Positions 1 to 8,107 of a stretch of 64,000 bases of DNA are shown here, one piece after another. The stretch's first letter is position 1, and every line of letters starts with the position of its first letter. Source of the DNA: a virus. Its lineage: Duplodnaviria; Caudoviricetes. A model generated the notes under the pieces. It was given only the letters and a program-made list of their open reading frames with translations, was not told where the DNA came from and made no database searches. The stretch is from positions 32,001 through 96,000 of IMG/VR virus record IMGVR_UViG_3300013121_000041; one strand, given 5' to 3'. A program made the position numbers and the translations under genes.

Positions 1-220
1 AATCAAGGAGCGGTCGATCATTCAAAAAATGCCAGTCTCCCAACCATTCGACGGCGAGCGTCTTGCCGGACCATTCACGTTCGAGCGTTTCAGTCACGTC
101 GACGAACGTCGTCCTCTCATCATCGGGATCATCGGAAATCAAAAATTTTCGCATCGCAGATGCGATCGTCTTCGAGCCATGGGGGAGGACGACGGCGGCC
201 CGCGCGTTCACAGTCGCCAT
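1..220 (-). CDS. hypothetical protein (partial, runs off window)
   Basis: ATG at 220 overlaps the ung stop; frame is open to position 1 (MATVNARAAVVLPHG...). Confidence 0.55.
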   Translation of the reverse strand, partial: MATVNARAAVVLPHGSKTIASAMRKFLISDDPDDERTTFVDVTETLEREWSGKTLAVEWLGDWHFLNDRPLLD

Positions 221-843
221 TCTATCCTCCCCGTTTTCAACGCAGCGTTAACGCGAGAGAACGGCCGCGATCCGAAGAAACCACGATGTGCGCTCAACGG
301 TGATGGGTGTGGTGATTCGATGATAGGATGCCATGGTGGAATGGACGATTTGAATTCCCCCGCGTGGTTCCCCCATAGAACCCAAACGACGTCATCGTTC
401 TCGGACACGGCGGCAATGATCTCTGCGATGAGCGATCTCCACCCCAAATCCTTGTGCGATCCCGGAGACCCGGCCTCCACGGTCAACGCCGTGTTCAAAA
501 GAAGGACCCCCTGTTTCGCCCACGGCGTCAGATCGCCGGTCGTCGGCTCAGGACAGCCGACGTCATCGACGAGTTCCTTGAAGATATTCATCAGCGATGG
601 TGGTGGTTTCTGGCCGGGATTGACCGAGAACGCCAGACCATTGGCGACGCCCGGCGTATGATAGGGGTCTTGTCCGATGATCACGACGCGCGTCTCCGCC
701 GGTTTGAAGAAAGAGAGGGCCGCAAAAATACGATCAGGTTCGGGCAGAATGATCTTGCCGGTCTCCTGCCGTCGCCGCAATTCATCGACGATCCCCGGAA
801 GACGTTCCTTGAAGAAGGGGAGGTCGGTCCAACGGTCGATCAT
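208..843 (-). CDS. ung: uracil-DNA glycosylase family 1
   Basis: GQDPYH, GLAFSV, GVLLLN and HPSPLS motifs. Confidence 0.96.
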   Translation of the reverse strand: MIDRWTDLPFFKERLPGIVDELRRRQETGKIILPEPDRIFAALSFFKPAETRVVIIGQDPYHTPGVANGLAFSVNPGQKPPPSLMNIFKELVDDVGCPEPTTGDLTPWAKQGVLLLNTALTVEAGSPGSHKDLGWRSLIAEIIAAVSENDDVVWVLWGNHAGEFKSSIPPWHPIIESPHPSPLSAHRGFFGSRPFSRVNAALKTGRIEWRL

Positions 844-1088
844 ATGACGCCATTGATGACGATGATCTCCGACGGAACGTCGGCAAACTTGACGTTATTG
901 TACATCGTGATGGCAACGTCGAGGGCCACGGCCGGATCGGAAAACAGACGACCCTCGTCCAGCAATTTGTCGGCGACGTCATCTTCGGCGATCCGATTAT
1001 CAACGTCGGTTCGCTCGCCCACGACTTCGATGACGCCGAACTTATCGTTGATCGGAGTTATGACTATCCACCGCATCTCGTCAACCAA
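840..1088 (-). CDS. hypothetical protein
   Basis: ORF translationally coupled to its neighbours. Confidence 0.6.
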   Translation of the reverse strand: MVDEMRWIVITPINDKFGVIEVVGERTDVDNRIAEDDVADKLLDEGRLFSDPAVALDVAITMYNNVKFADVPSEIIVINGVI

Positions 1089-1323
1089 GTTTCGGCCTCG
1101 TCGAGGACTGGACGCAATTCAACGTCACATCCTGACGTTTCAAGAGACGACCATCGTACAAGATGGTCCCCTTCTCGAAAGCCTCATCCACCTTCATGGC
1201 TATGCGCGGGAGGTTCGACGTACATTCAGCGAGCGTGAATGGAACCGGCCCCCACGCACCGACGGTCTTCCCCATGATGACGGCGATGATCCAGACTTCA
1301 ATCACCGGCCCTCTCCTTCTCAA
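1081..1323 (-). CDS. hypothetical protein
   Basis: Overlapping ORF in the minus-strand operon. Confidence 0.55.
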   Translation of the reverse strand: MRRRGPVIEVWIIAVIMGKTVGAWGPVPFTLAECTSNLPRIAMKVDEAFEKGTILYDGRLLKRQDVTLNCVQSSTRPKLG

Positions 1324-1609
1324 GGCGGGCCTTGGCCCGTTGAAAAAACACCCTGATCTCTCGACTCTGTTGCCGACACTTCGACAACGTAGCCTGCATC
1401 GTGAGGATGACGTGACCGACCTCGGCGTCCGTCATCGTATCGACATTGGGGACGGCGATCTTCGCGTCGGCACAGGACGTCGTGATGGGTGGTGGTGTGA
1501 GTGGAACGAATTGTGTCTTCGTGACCGTCTTCGTCGTTTCACAGCCACCGAGAATGGCGGCGACGCTGGCGACCGCGAGAAATTTAATTGCCGGACGAAC
1601 TCTCCGCAT
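1298..1609 (-). CDS. outer-membrane spanin (Rz1-like lipoprotein)
   Basis: Lipobox ILGG-C followed by a Pro-rich segment; overlaps the end of the i-spanin candidate. Confidence 0.7.
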   Translation of the reverse strand: MRRVRPAIKFLAVASVAAILGGCETTKTVTKTQFVPLTPPPITTSCADAKIAVPNVDTMTDAEVGHVILTMQATLSKCRQQSREIRVFFQRAKARLEKERAGD

Positions 1610-1955
1610 CGCGAACTCTCCTCATAATCTCTTTGATGTAATCGGACGCCATATTACCAGCGTCCTTCCGCTTTGCCAACTGAAATTCCGCCTCGGAGAG
1701 GGCCGTCTCGACGTCCCTCTGCTTCTTCGCGATTTCCTCGATCGAACGATCACGTTCGGCCGCGAGGTCCTTCAACAGGACCATTTCTTTTTCTTTGTCG
1801 GCGATCGTCTGTTCGAGTTGTGCGTTCTCGATCTTCAAACGTCCGTTCTGCTGTATGAGAGTTTTAAGCTGCCACCACGCACCACCGGCAAGTGCAACGA
1901 CGACGGCCCCGGCGATGACCTTCGCCCAAATACTCGCGAACAATCCGGCGAACAT
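1584..1955 (-). CDS. inner-membrane spanin (Rz-like)
   Basis: N-terminal TM helix followed by a coiled coil; precedes the lipoprotein gene. Confidence 0.7.
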   Translation of the reverse strand: MFAGLFASIWAKVIAGAVVVALAGGAWWQLKTLIQQNGRLKIENAQLEQTIADKEKEMVLLKDLAAERDRSIEEIAKKQRDVETALSEAEFQLAKRKDAGNMASDYIKEIMRRVRDAESSSGN

Positions 1956-1967
1956 GGTGATCTCCTT

Positions 1968-2318
1968 TTAACTGATGCAGACCGTTCCCACGCCAGAAAA
2001 GCCGATGGCTCTTGCGGCACCTGTACTCAGATCGATGTGTCGACCGCGAATGAACGGGCCACGATCGTTGATCCTGACGACGACACTCCTTCCAGTACGC
2101 GGGTTCGTGACGGTCACACGCGATCCGAACGGCATCGTCCTGTGGGCGGCCGTCAAACCATGGGGATTGAACCGTTCGCCGGACGCCGTGCGGGTGCCAC
2201 TCTCTGAACCATAATGCGATGCGACGACCTTGTTGCAGCCGAAGGCGACGGCATTAGCCTCTCCGATCCCGAATGAACAGGCGAAGGCGAAGGCGAAACT
2301 CGCGATGATCTTTTTCAA
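1968..2318 (-). CDS. rlpA: RlpA-like lytic transglycosylase (DPBB domain) with signal peptide
   Basis: ASHYG...TASGERF...[11 protein letters not shown]...VRINDRGPF...IDLS. Confidence 0.92.
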   Translation of the reverse strand: MKKIIASFAFAFACSFGIGEANAVAFGCNKVVASHYGSESGTRTASGERFNPHGLTAAHRTMPFGSRVTVTNPRTGRSVVVRINDRGPFIRGRHIDLSTGAARAIGFSGVGTVCIS

Positions 2319-2716
2319 TTCTCACTCCACTCCGTTGAATACGAAACGTCCTGTCCACCGCGTCCCCGCAGGATCATCGTGGAGGTCGTCCTCTTTGGAT
2401 TAAAATATTTGGTGACGACGTCTTCGACGACATCCCCATCGAAATCCTTGCACGAATGGACGTTGAGATAAATCTCTCCGGTCGCATCGACGAAATGTGC
2501 AGTGATGGCGCTCGTCTCGATGGCCTGAAAAAGTGTGAACCCGCCCTTGGACGGATCGTGGGTGGCGAAGTGTTCGATCCACGGATCACCGTATGCCTTC
2601 ATGTCGATCCGTTCGACGAGTTCCTTCGTGAACGCCGCTACGTTATCCCGTGATGTGATCTTGTCAACGTCCGCGCCGTCACATGCGACGAGCAGTTCAT
2701 ATCCCCAGTAATCCAT
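2315..2716 (-). CDS. speD: S-adenosylmethionine decarboxylase-like proenzyme
   Basis: GFT...[10 protein letters not shown]...[10 protein letters not shown] resembles the SpeD self-cleavage (ES/TS) region. Confidence 0.8.
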   Translation of the reverse strand: MDYWGYELLVACDGADVDKITSRDNVAAFTKELVERIDMKAYGDPWIEHFATHDPSKGGFTLFQAIETSAITAHFVDATGEIYLNVHSCKDFDGDVVEDVVTKYFNPKRTTSTMILRGRGGQDVSYSTEWSEN

Positions 2717-2727
2717 CGATCTCTCCG

Positions 2728-3273
2728 TCAGTTCATTTTACGAAGGAAGAACGTCGCATCGGCGTCCACGTTCATCTTGTTCTTCACGGTGTCCCCCAGT
2801 GTGAGGGACCGCTTATTTATCCGACGGCGCGGGTGATACCACCCGGAATCGTAGAACGTCAACGTCCTGTCCGTCGTCGTGATGGCCACCGTCCAATGGG
2901 CCACCGGATTGTTGAGGCCGACGATCGCCACGGTGTTCCCGACGGACATCTCGTTTTCAAGGTGTGAGAGCCAGTCGTTGATCCTCACGAACGAACCGCT
3001 CGGCGGCCTGAACCAGACGATCTCCGCCCCGTAGATGATGTTCGCCGCCTCGACGGCAGTTTCCATGATTTTCTTCATGTCGGTCATCGTCAGACCGTCG
3101 ATCATGACGCCGGGAAATTTTTCAGCGATGGTGAGGACCATTTTCTTGAAAATTTTCCTCGCACCCGGCTTGTCCATATTCGGGATGTTCAAAGACGTGA
3201 GACCGTTGATGATGGCGTAAAAGCCGCACAACGCATCGAAGTGCCCCTGTTCATATGGATCGCCGTTCGCCAT
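2728..3273 (-). CDS. putative papain-fold cysteine peptidase
   Basis: Q...LCGFYAIIN (Cys), AHWTV (His), YDS (Asp). Confidence 0.5.
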   Translation of the reverse strand: MANGDPYEQGHFDALCGFYAIINGLTSLNIPNMDKPGARKIFKKMVLTIAEKFPGVMIDGLTMTDMKKIMETAVEAANIIYGAEIVWFRPPSGSFVRINDWLSHLENEMSVGNTVAIVGLNNPVAHWTVAITTTDRTLTFYDSGWYHPRRRINKRSLTLGDTVKNKMNVDADATFFLRKMN

Positions 3274-3280
3274 CCTTTAT

Positions 3281-3847
3281 TTAGGGGGGTCCGTACAGGG
3301 GCGGATCAAATCTGGGGACCCATTTGTTCGCCTCCGTCAGTACGGCGATGGTCCCGTCATCTCTGTGGAACGTCATTTCCGACGGTCCCCCACTGACGAC
3401 GGCGAACCCGAGTTTCGGCAAATATCCGACATAAAAGTGGCGGTTTTCCTCAAGCTGTTTGACGAGAACTTCGCCATTTTGCCGAGAGTCGCGGTTGCTA
3501 GCGGCCTGAACAAGCACTCGCTCGCGGGCGGGACCGTTCAGGCCAGAACCGAACCCCTCGGCGGTAGGGAAGACCGTCGCATCAGGGTTCGACTTGCGGG
3601 CGTAGTCGTACATCGCGGCTTCCAACTCGAAGGCCAAGTCGGTTGCACTTGCCTTAAGGCCCAGTGCGCGCAGTTCTCGCATCAGGTCGTCGCACGCATT
3701 TCCGATCACTTCGTTCAGTGCCTTGGCTTGGTCGTAACAACCTTCAGGCGCTTCTTCTGCGCATTGTTTGAAGTGCCCAAGAGCGGTGAGAAGACTTCTG
3801 TTCATGGCGTCGTTCCTTTCGGGTGTCGGGTTGGTGAAACACATCAA
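3281..3847 (-). CDS. hypothetical protein
   Basis: ORF downstream of a sigma70-type promoter; probable start at the internal MNRS. Confidence 0.6.
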   Translation of the reverse strand: MMCFTNPTPERNDAMNRSLLTALGHFKQCAEEAPEGCYDQAKALNEVIGNACDDLMRELRALGLKASATDLAFELEAAMYDYARKSNPDATVFPTAEGFGSGLNGPARERVLVQAASNRDSRQNGEVLVKQLEENRHFYVGYLPKLGFAVVSGGPSEMTFHRDDGTIAVLTEANKWVPRFDPPLYGPP

Positions 3848-3952
3848 AATCCGGTTTCATAGTAGCGCAACGCCGCAGCGTGGCACCGTCCTCACCCGGA
3901 TCACACATACATGATGATTGACATATCGCCCCTCCACCTTGAAAACACCACG

Positions 3953-4003
3953 TCAGATCACCATACAGGAAATTTCATTAAAGTCAAGAACCAATTTCGT
4001 CAA
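3953..4003 (-). promoter_or_regulatory. sigma70-like early promoter; copy A of a 51-bp inverted repeat
   Basis: Minus strand reads TTGACT-16nt-TATGGT; exact reverse complement of 7988-8038. Confidence 0.75.
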
Positions 4004-4093
4004 TGACCACGGCTATCGACACATCCCGACGAACGACGAAATACTTACAAAAGACACCGTTCGGCATTTTCCTAACGTCCATTTTCACGGATT

Positions 4094-4342
4094 TCATGAA
4101 GGCTTCCAATCCTTTGGATCGATGTGACGAACGGGTGACGCAGGACCAAACGTTCCAAGTTTACGATCATTGTACTTCCGTTGTTTTTCCGAAGACCATT
4201 TCGTGAGACCGACGTGTCTTCCAATGGAAGTTGATCCTTTCATGGATTTTGAAATCTTACGTAAACGTGATTTTTTCATGATGTTTCCTTTCACGGCAAA
4301 TGTAAATCGAGATTGAAAAAAATCAACCTTTACTTCGTTCAC
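4094..4342 (-). CDS. small basic hypothetical protein
   Basis: Lys/Arg-rich ORF immediately downstream of the LexA-like boxes; start uncertain. Confidence 0.4.
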   Translation of the reverse strand: MNEVKVDFFQSRFTFAVKGNIMKKSRLRKISKSMKGSTSIGRHVGLTKWSSEKQRKYNDRKLGTFGPASPVRHIDPKDWKPS

Positions 4343-4424
4343 GATTTGTTCTCATTCATGATGGTAATTCTGTTCACGTTTTGTTCTCATTTTTCATCAA
4401 AATAACTTTGTTCACGATTTGTTC
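4337..4424. promoter_or_regulatory. three alphaproteobacterial-type LexA (SOS) boxes
   Basis: GTTC-acgattt-GTTC (4337-4351), GTTC-acgtttt-GTTC (4372-4386), GTTC-acgattt-GTTC (4410-4424). Confidence 0.7.
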
Positions 4425-4464
4425 GCGTCAAACACTCTTAATGGATTCAATGAACTCTTTGATT

Positions 4465-4845
4465 CTGCTGGCGATCATCGGTGGTGGGTCTCTAGGTAGC
4501 GGACATCCCACGGACCACAGAGTGATCACGTCGGACGTCCGCTAACCTAGGGGCATCATCGTATGGAGCCGCTCTAGCATCCCGTCCGTCGATCCCCGGC
4601 GAAATGTCACTGACTGCTATCGGTGAGTAGATCGCTCACCGGGACGGCATGGGCCTTCAGCTTTCGCGCGCCCTTCCCGTTTATCCGTCCTTCCCACAGT
4701 ACGGGAGAGATCATCACCGCTGTCGTTGTCCGTAATCCCCGACCAGTGATGACGACGTTCGACACTGGAACCATTAATCCCGGAGGATGGTGCAGTGGCG
4801 TTCGCCTTTCGAATCGAGCCTCCTTAGACCCGTCGATCTGACTCG
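4465..4845 (-). ncRNA. candidate large structured ncRNA
   Basis: No credible ORF; many nested helices; late-promoter-like ACTAAATA (4846-4853, minus) upstream. Confidence 0.5.
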
Positions 4846-4883
4846 TATTTAGTCGGATTTTATTCCCATGTCAACACCCCTTT

Positions 4884-4891
4884 AATAAATA
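4884..4891 (+). promoter_or_regulatory. T4-type late promoter
   Basis: AATAAATA upstream of the endolysin RBS. Confidence 0.65.
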
Positions 4892-4906
4892 ATCGAGAGG
4901 TGGATC

Positions 4907-6199
4907 ATGGCACTGCAATTCAGCTTATCTTCCAATGTCTTACGTTCCGCGTGGCCTAAGGCGTCCGCAGAATTGATCGACGGTTTCGTCGAAAAATACG
5001 AGGACATCTTCTCCCGTTACGGCATCACCACGTGGATTCGCGCCGTCCATTTCATGGCTCAGATTTCCCACGAATCGAACGGGGGGACCGTCACCAAGGA
5101 ATCCCTGTATTACACGACGCCGGGGAGACTGCAACAGGTGTGGCCGTCGCGATTTCCGACGACGGCATCCGCCCTGCCATACGTTCGTAACGAACGGGCA
5201 CTGGCATCGAAGGTGTATAACGGGCGCATGGGGAACGTGCCGGGCACCGAAGACGGATACACGTATCGGGGGAGGGGCCTCCTGCAATTGACCGGACGGG
5301 AATCATACCGGAAGATCGGGGACAAGATCGGCGTCGATCTGATCGCCGATCCGGACAAGGTTTTCGATCCTGCCGTGGCCCTCGAAATCGCCGCCTGTGA
5401 ATTTCGCGACCTCAATACTCTGCCGTTCTGTGACCGTGACGATCTTCGTGGCGTCACCCACCACGTCAATGGCGGGCTTACGGGCCTCACTGATCGCGCC
5501 AATTGGTTGGCAAGGTGGAAGCGCATCCTTCCGAAAGACGCACCCACGGCCTCCCCTGTGGCTTTGGCGGGGGTATCCAAGAAAAAGGCATCTCCGGGGG
5601 TCACGGTCAACGAGGTTGGCGTGGTCAGCCAGCCCGAGCCTGACGGGCTGAAATACGGTGACAATGATTGGAAGGTTAAGGCCCTCCAGCAGCGGTTGAC
5701 GGACCTCAATTACTTCGTCGGGTCCGTGGACGGTGATTTCGGCCCATCGACGCGGGCTGCGGTCCTCGCCTTTCAGGCGGACAATGCCCTACCGACGACC
5801 GGCGTGGTCGATGCCGCCACGGAGGCGGCACTCGCGACCGCACCGCCGAAACCGGTTTCAGAGGCCCGGCAGAACAAGACGGTCGACGATCTGGCGAAAT
5901 CCGGTTCCGCGACGGCCCAGACGTCGTTCTCGATCTCCCGGTGGGCGAAGGTCATTCTCGGCGTCGGTGCGGCCGGTGCGGCGGACAATACCGGCCTCAT
6001 CGAATCGGCGAAATCCGTCACGGACAATTACGAGACGGTCAAGGGGATCATGGAAACTTTACAAGAGGCGATCACATGGGGACACGAACACATTTGGCTG
6101 GTCCTCGTTTTCGTGGCCATTTTCCTCATGTGGCAGGCGCGAAAGATCGCCATCGCCCGGTTGATGGACGCCCGAGACGGGGCGAATCTCCGTCGTTGA
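4907..6199 (+). CDS. endolysin: GH19 domain + peptidoglycan-binding domain + C-terminal TM
   Basis: FMAQISHES, YRGRGLLQLTGR, VNGG; VKALQQRL...DGDFGPST...FQ. Confidence 0.9.
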   Translation: MALQFSLSSNVLRSAWPKASAELIDGFVEKYEDIFSRYGITTWIRAVHFMAQISHESNGGTVTKESLYYTTPGRLQQVWPSRFPTTASALPYVRNERALASKVYNGRMGNVPGTEDGYTYRGRGLLQLTGRESYRKIGDKIGVDLIADPDKVFDPAVALEIAACEFRDLNTLPFCDRDDLRGVTHHVNGGLTGLTDRANWLARWKRILPKDAPTASPVALAGVSKKKASPGVTVNEVGVVSQPEPDGLKYGDNDWKVKALQQRLTDLNYFVGSVDGDFGPSTRAAVLAFQADNALPTTGVVDAATEAALATAPPKPVSEARQNKTVDDLAKSGSATAQTSFSISRWAKVILGVGAAGAADNTGLIESAKSVTDNYETVKGIMETLQEAITWGHEHIWLVLVFVAIFLMWQARKIAIARLMDARDGANLRR

Positions 6200-6301
6200 T
6201 TTGACAGTGGCGGTCGGACCGTTTATGAGGGCACCCTCGTTTCGGAGGCCCCATGACCATTTTCGAATCATCTGCAATGGCGACGTTCGATCGGTGCATA
6301 A

Positions 6302-6556
6302 ATGGATAGTACGATCGATTTTATTTCCGGGTTGATCGTCGGGTTCGTCGTCGAACACATTCATCTGTCCATCGTCGGGCGGGTGAATTATCTCATGAAA
6401 ATGGGGTCAATGGTCAGTGGAATCATCTTGTCCTTCCTCATTATGAAAACATTGGGGGCGACCGGCGTCTATCATGCGCCGTTCAACGTCGCCGCCTTCC
6501 TCTCCGGCAATCTCGTCTTTCCGTTGATATGGCTCCTGCGTGTGAGGATCGTATGA
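6302..6556 (+). CDS. small membrane protein (possible holin)
   Basis: About three hydrophobic segments; follows the endolysin. Confidence 0.4.
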   Translation: MDSTIDFISGLIVGFVVEHIHLSIVGRVNYLMKMGSMVSGIILSFLIMKTLGATGVYHAPFNVAAFLSGNLVFPLIWLLRVRIV

Positions 6557-6620
6557 TGGTGTTTTTCCATGAGGACGGTAGGAGGGACGTCGGTTTCTTC
6601 CTGCGCCAGCATCGAGCAGG

Positions 6621-7514
6621 ATGATGACGAATCTGGGGGCGTTATGGAAAAACAGGGTGCGGGGGTCGATCGTCGGTCTCGCAGTCGGCGATGCCCTCGG
6701 GGCACCACTGGAATTTTCGAAACGGGATTCCGTCCCCTTGGTGACGGATATGATCGGCGGTGGTCCATTCAATCTTGCCCCCGGAGAGTGGACCGACGAT
6801 ACGTCGATGGCCCTCTGCCTGATGGATTCCATGATTGCAAATGGTGGGTTCGACGGTCGTGACGTCATCGACGGTTTCCTGCGTTGGCGTGATCACGGCG
6901 AGAACAGTGTCACCGGCCGGTGTTTCGACATCGGCGGGGCGACGGCCGAAGGATTGCGTTATTTCGAACGGACCGGAAAATTCATCGGTGAGGGATCGCC
7001 GAACGATTCGTCCAACGGAAACGGATCGCTCATGCGGGTCGCCCCGGTCATCGCTTTTCCCGATGGACGAAAACTGGCCGTCCGACAAAGCCACCTGACG
7101 CACGCCGGTCACACTGCGGCTGTGTGTTGTGAGACGTTCGTTGGCCTGCTGATGTGGTGCACGACGGCCGACGATCCGACGAAATTTCCAGTTTTCTTTC
7201 CGTGGTCGAAAACGATCATCGAAAGAGATCGTGGTTCGATTCAATCCGACGGGTATTCTCTCCACACGATGGATGCGGCGATCTGGGCCGTGGGAAATTC
7301 CCGTTCGTTCGAGGACGCCCTGATCAAGGCCGTCAATCTTGCCGACGATTCCGATACGGTCGGTGCCGTCACCGGTCAACTTGCCGGGGTCGTGTGGGGG
7401 TACGATTCGATCCCGAGTCGTTGGCTCGATAAACTGGCGTGGCGGGACGACATCGTCGATCGCGTCGATCGTCTCATTGCAGTCGCAGGAGGGAATGATG
7501 TTAGACTTGGTTAA
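6621..7514 (+). CDS. ADP-ribosylglycohydrolase (DraG/ARH family)
   Basis: GLAVGDALG, WTDDT, GNGSLMR, DSDT motifs. Confidence 0.95.
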   Translation: MMTNLGALWKNRVRGSIVGLAVGDALGAPLEFSKRDSVPLVTDMIGGGPFNLAPGEWTDDTSMALCLMDSMIANGGFDGRDVIDGFLRWRDHGENSVTGRCFDIGGATAEGLRYFERTGKFIGEGSPNDSSNGNGSLMRVAPVIAFPDGRKLAVRQSHLTHAGHTAAVCCETFVGLLMWCTTADDPTKFPVFFPWSKTIIERDRGSIQSDGYSLHTMDAAIWAVGNSRSFEDALIKAVNLADDSDTVGAVTGQLAGVVWGYDSIPSRWLDKLAWRDDIVDRVDRLIAVAGGNDVRLG

Positions 7515-7755
7515 ACGAACCATCGAATGGCGGGGTGATCGTTGCGTCGTGACGGTATCGTCACCGTTCGTAACCGTCCCTGAGACCGTCACGCTCACGG
7601 TCGATCAGGCGAAGCGTTTCGTCGACTGGGAACGAACTGGGATCAAAATTCAAGACGCCCTCCCAGACTTGACGGACGACGATCGGGAGATCATCCTCAC
7701 CGGAATCGGACCCGCCAAGTGGGAGGAGATGTTCGGGGAAGATGACGATGATTGA
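7495..7755 (+). CDS. hypothetical protein
   Basis: IQDALPDL..DDREIILTGI motif typical of small phage proteins. Confidence 0.6.
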   Translation: MMLDLVKRTIEWRGDRCVVTVSSPFVTVPETVTLTVDQAKRFVDWERTGIKIQDALPDLTDDDREIILTGIGPAKWEEMFGEDDDD

Positions 7756-7945
7756 ACGGCTGCAAGATGAACTGAGGGCGGCGTGGGACCGCTGCGATCA
7801 TCTCGTCGAGGAGAACCGGCGGTTGCGTGCCGCCGTTAGAAAATACAGGGCGAAGGATCGCGGTAACGGGATTCGTCGGAGGGCCTTCGAGGGTTCGTTG
7901 TTGGTGGAACGGGTGGAACACGGCCGTCGAGAACTGGCAAAATGA
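7742..7945 (+). CDS. hypothetical protein with a chimeric 3' end
   Basis: 3' half is built from repeats of downstream sequence. Confidence 0.4.
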   Translation: MTMIERLQDELRAAWDRCDHLVEENRRLRAAVRKYRAKDRGNGIRRRAFEGSLLVERVEHGRRELAK

Positions 7946-7961
7946 GGCGCAAAAACTGATC
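7849..7961 (+). repeat. collapsed duplicate of the serS-dcm locus
   Basis: 7849-7895 = 8053-8099; 7921-7947 = 9213-9239; 7948-7961 = 10688-10701. Confidence 0.85.
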
Positions 7962-7987
7962 GGATCAATATTTTGTAAGGGCTATTT

Positions 7988-8038
7988 TTGACGAAATTGG
8001 TTCTTGACTTTAATGAAATTTCCTGTATGGTGATCTGA
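7988..8038 (+). promoter_or_regulatory. sigma70-like promoter upstream of serS; copy B of the 51-bp inverted repeat
   Basis: TTGACT-16nt-TATGGT; identical to the reverse complement of 3953-4003. Confidence 0.75.
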
Positions 8039-8107
8039 GTTTTTAATGCCTAGGCGAAGGATCGCGGTAACGGGATTCGTCGGAGGGCCTTCGAGGGTTG
8101 GTGGAAC

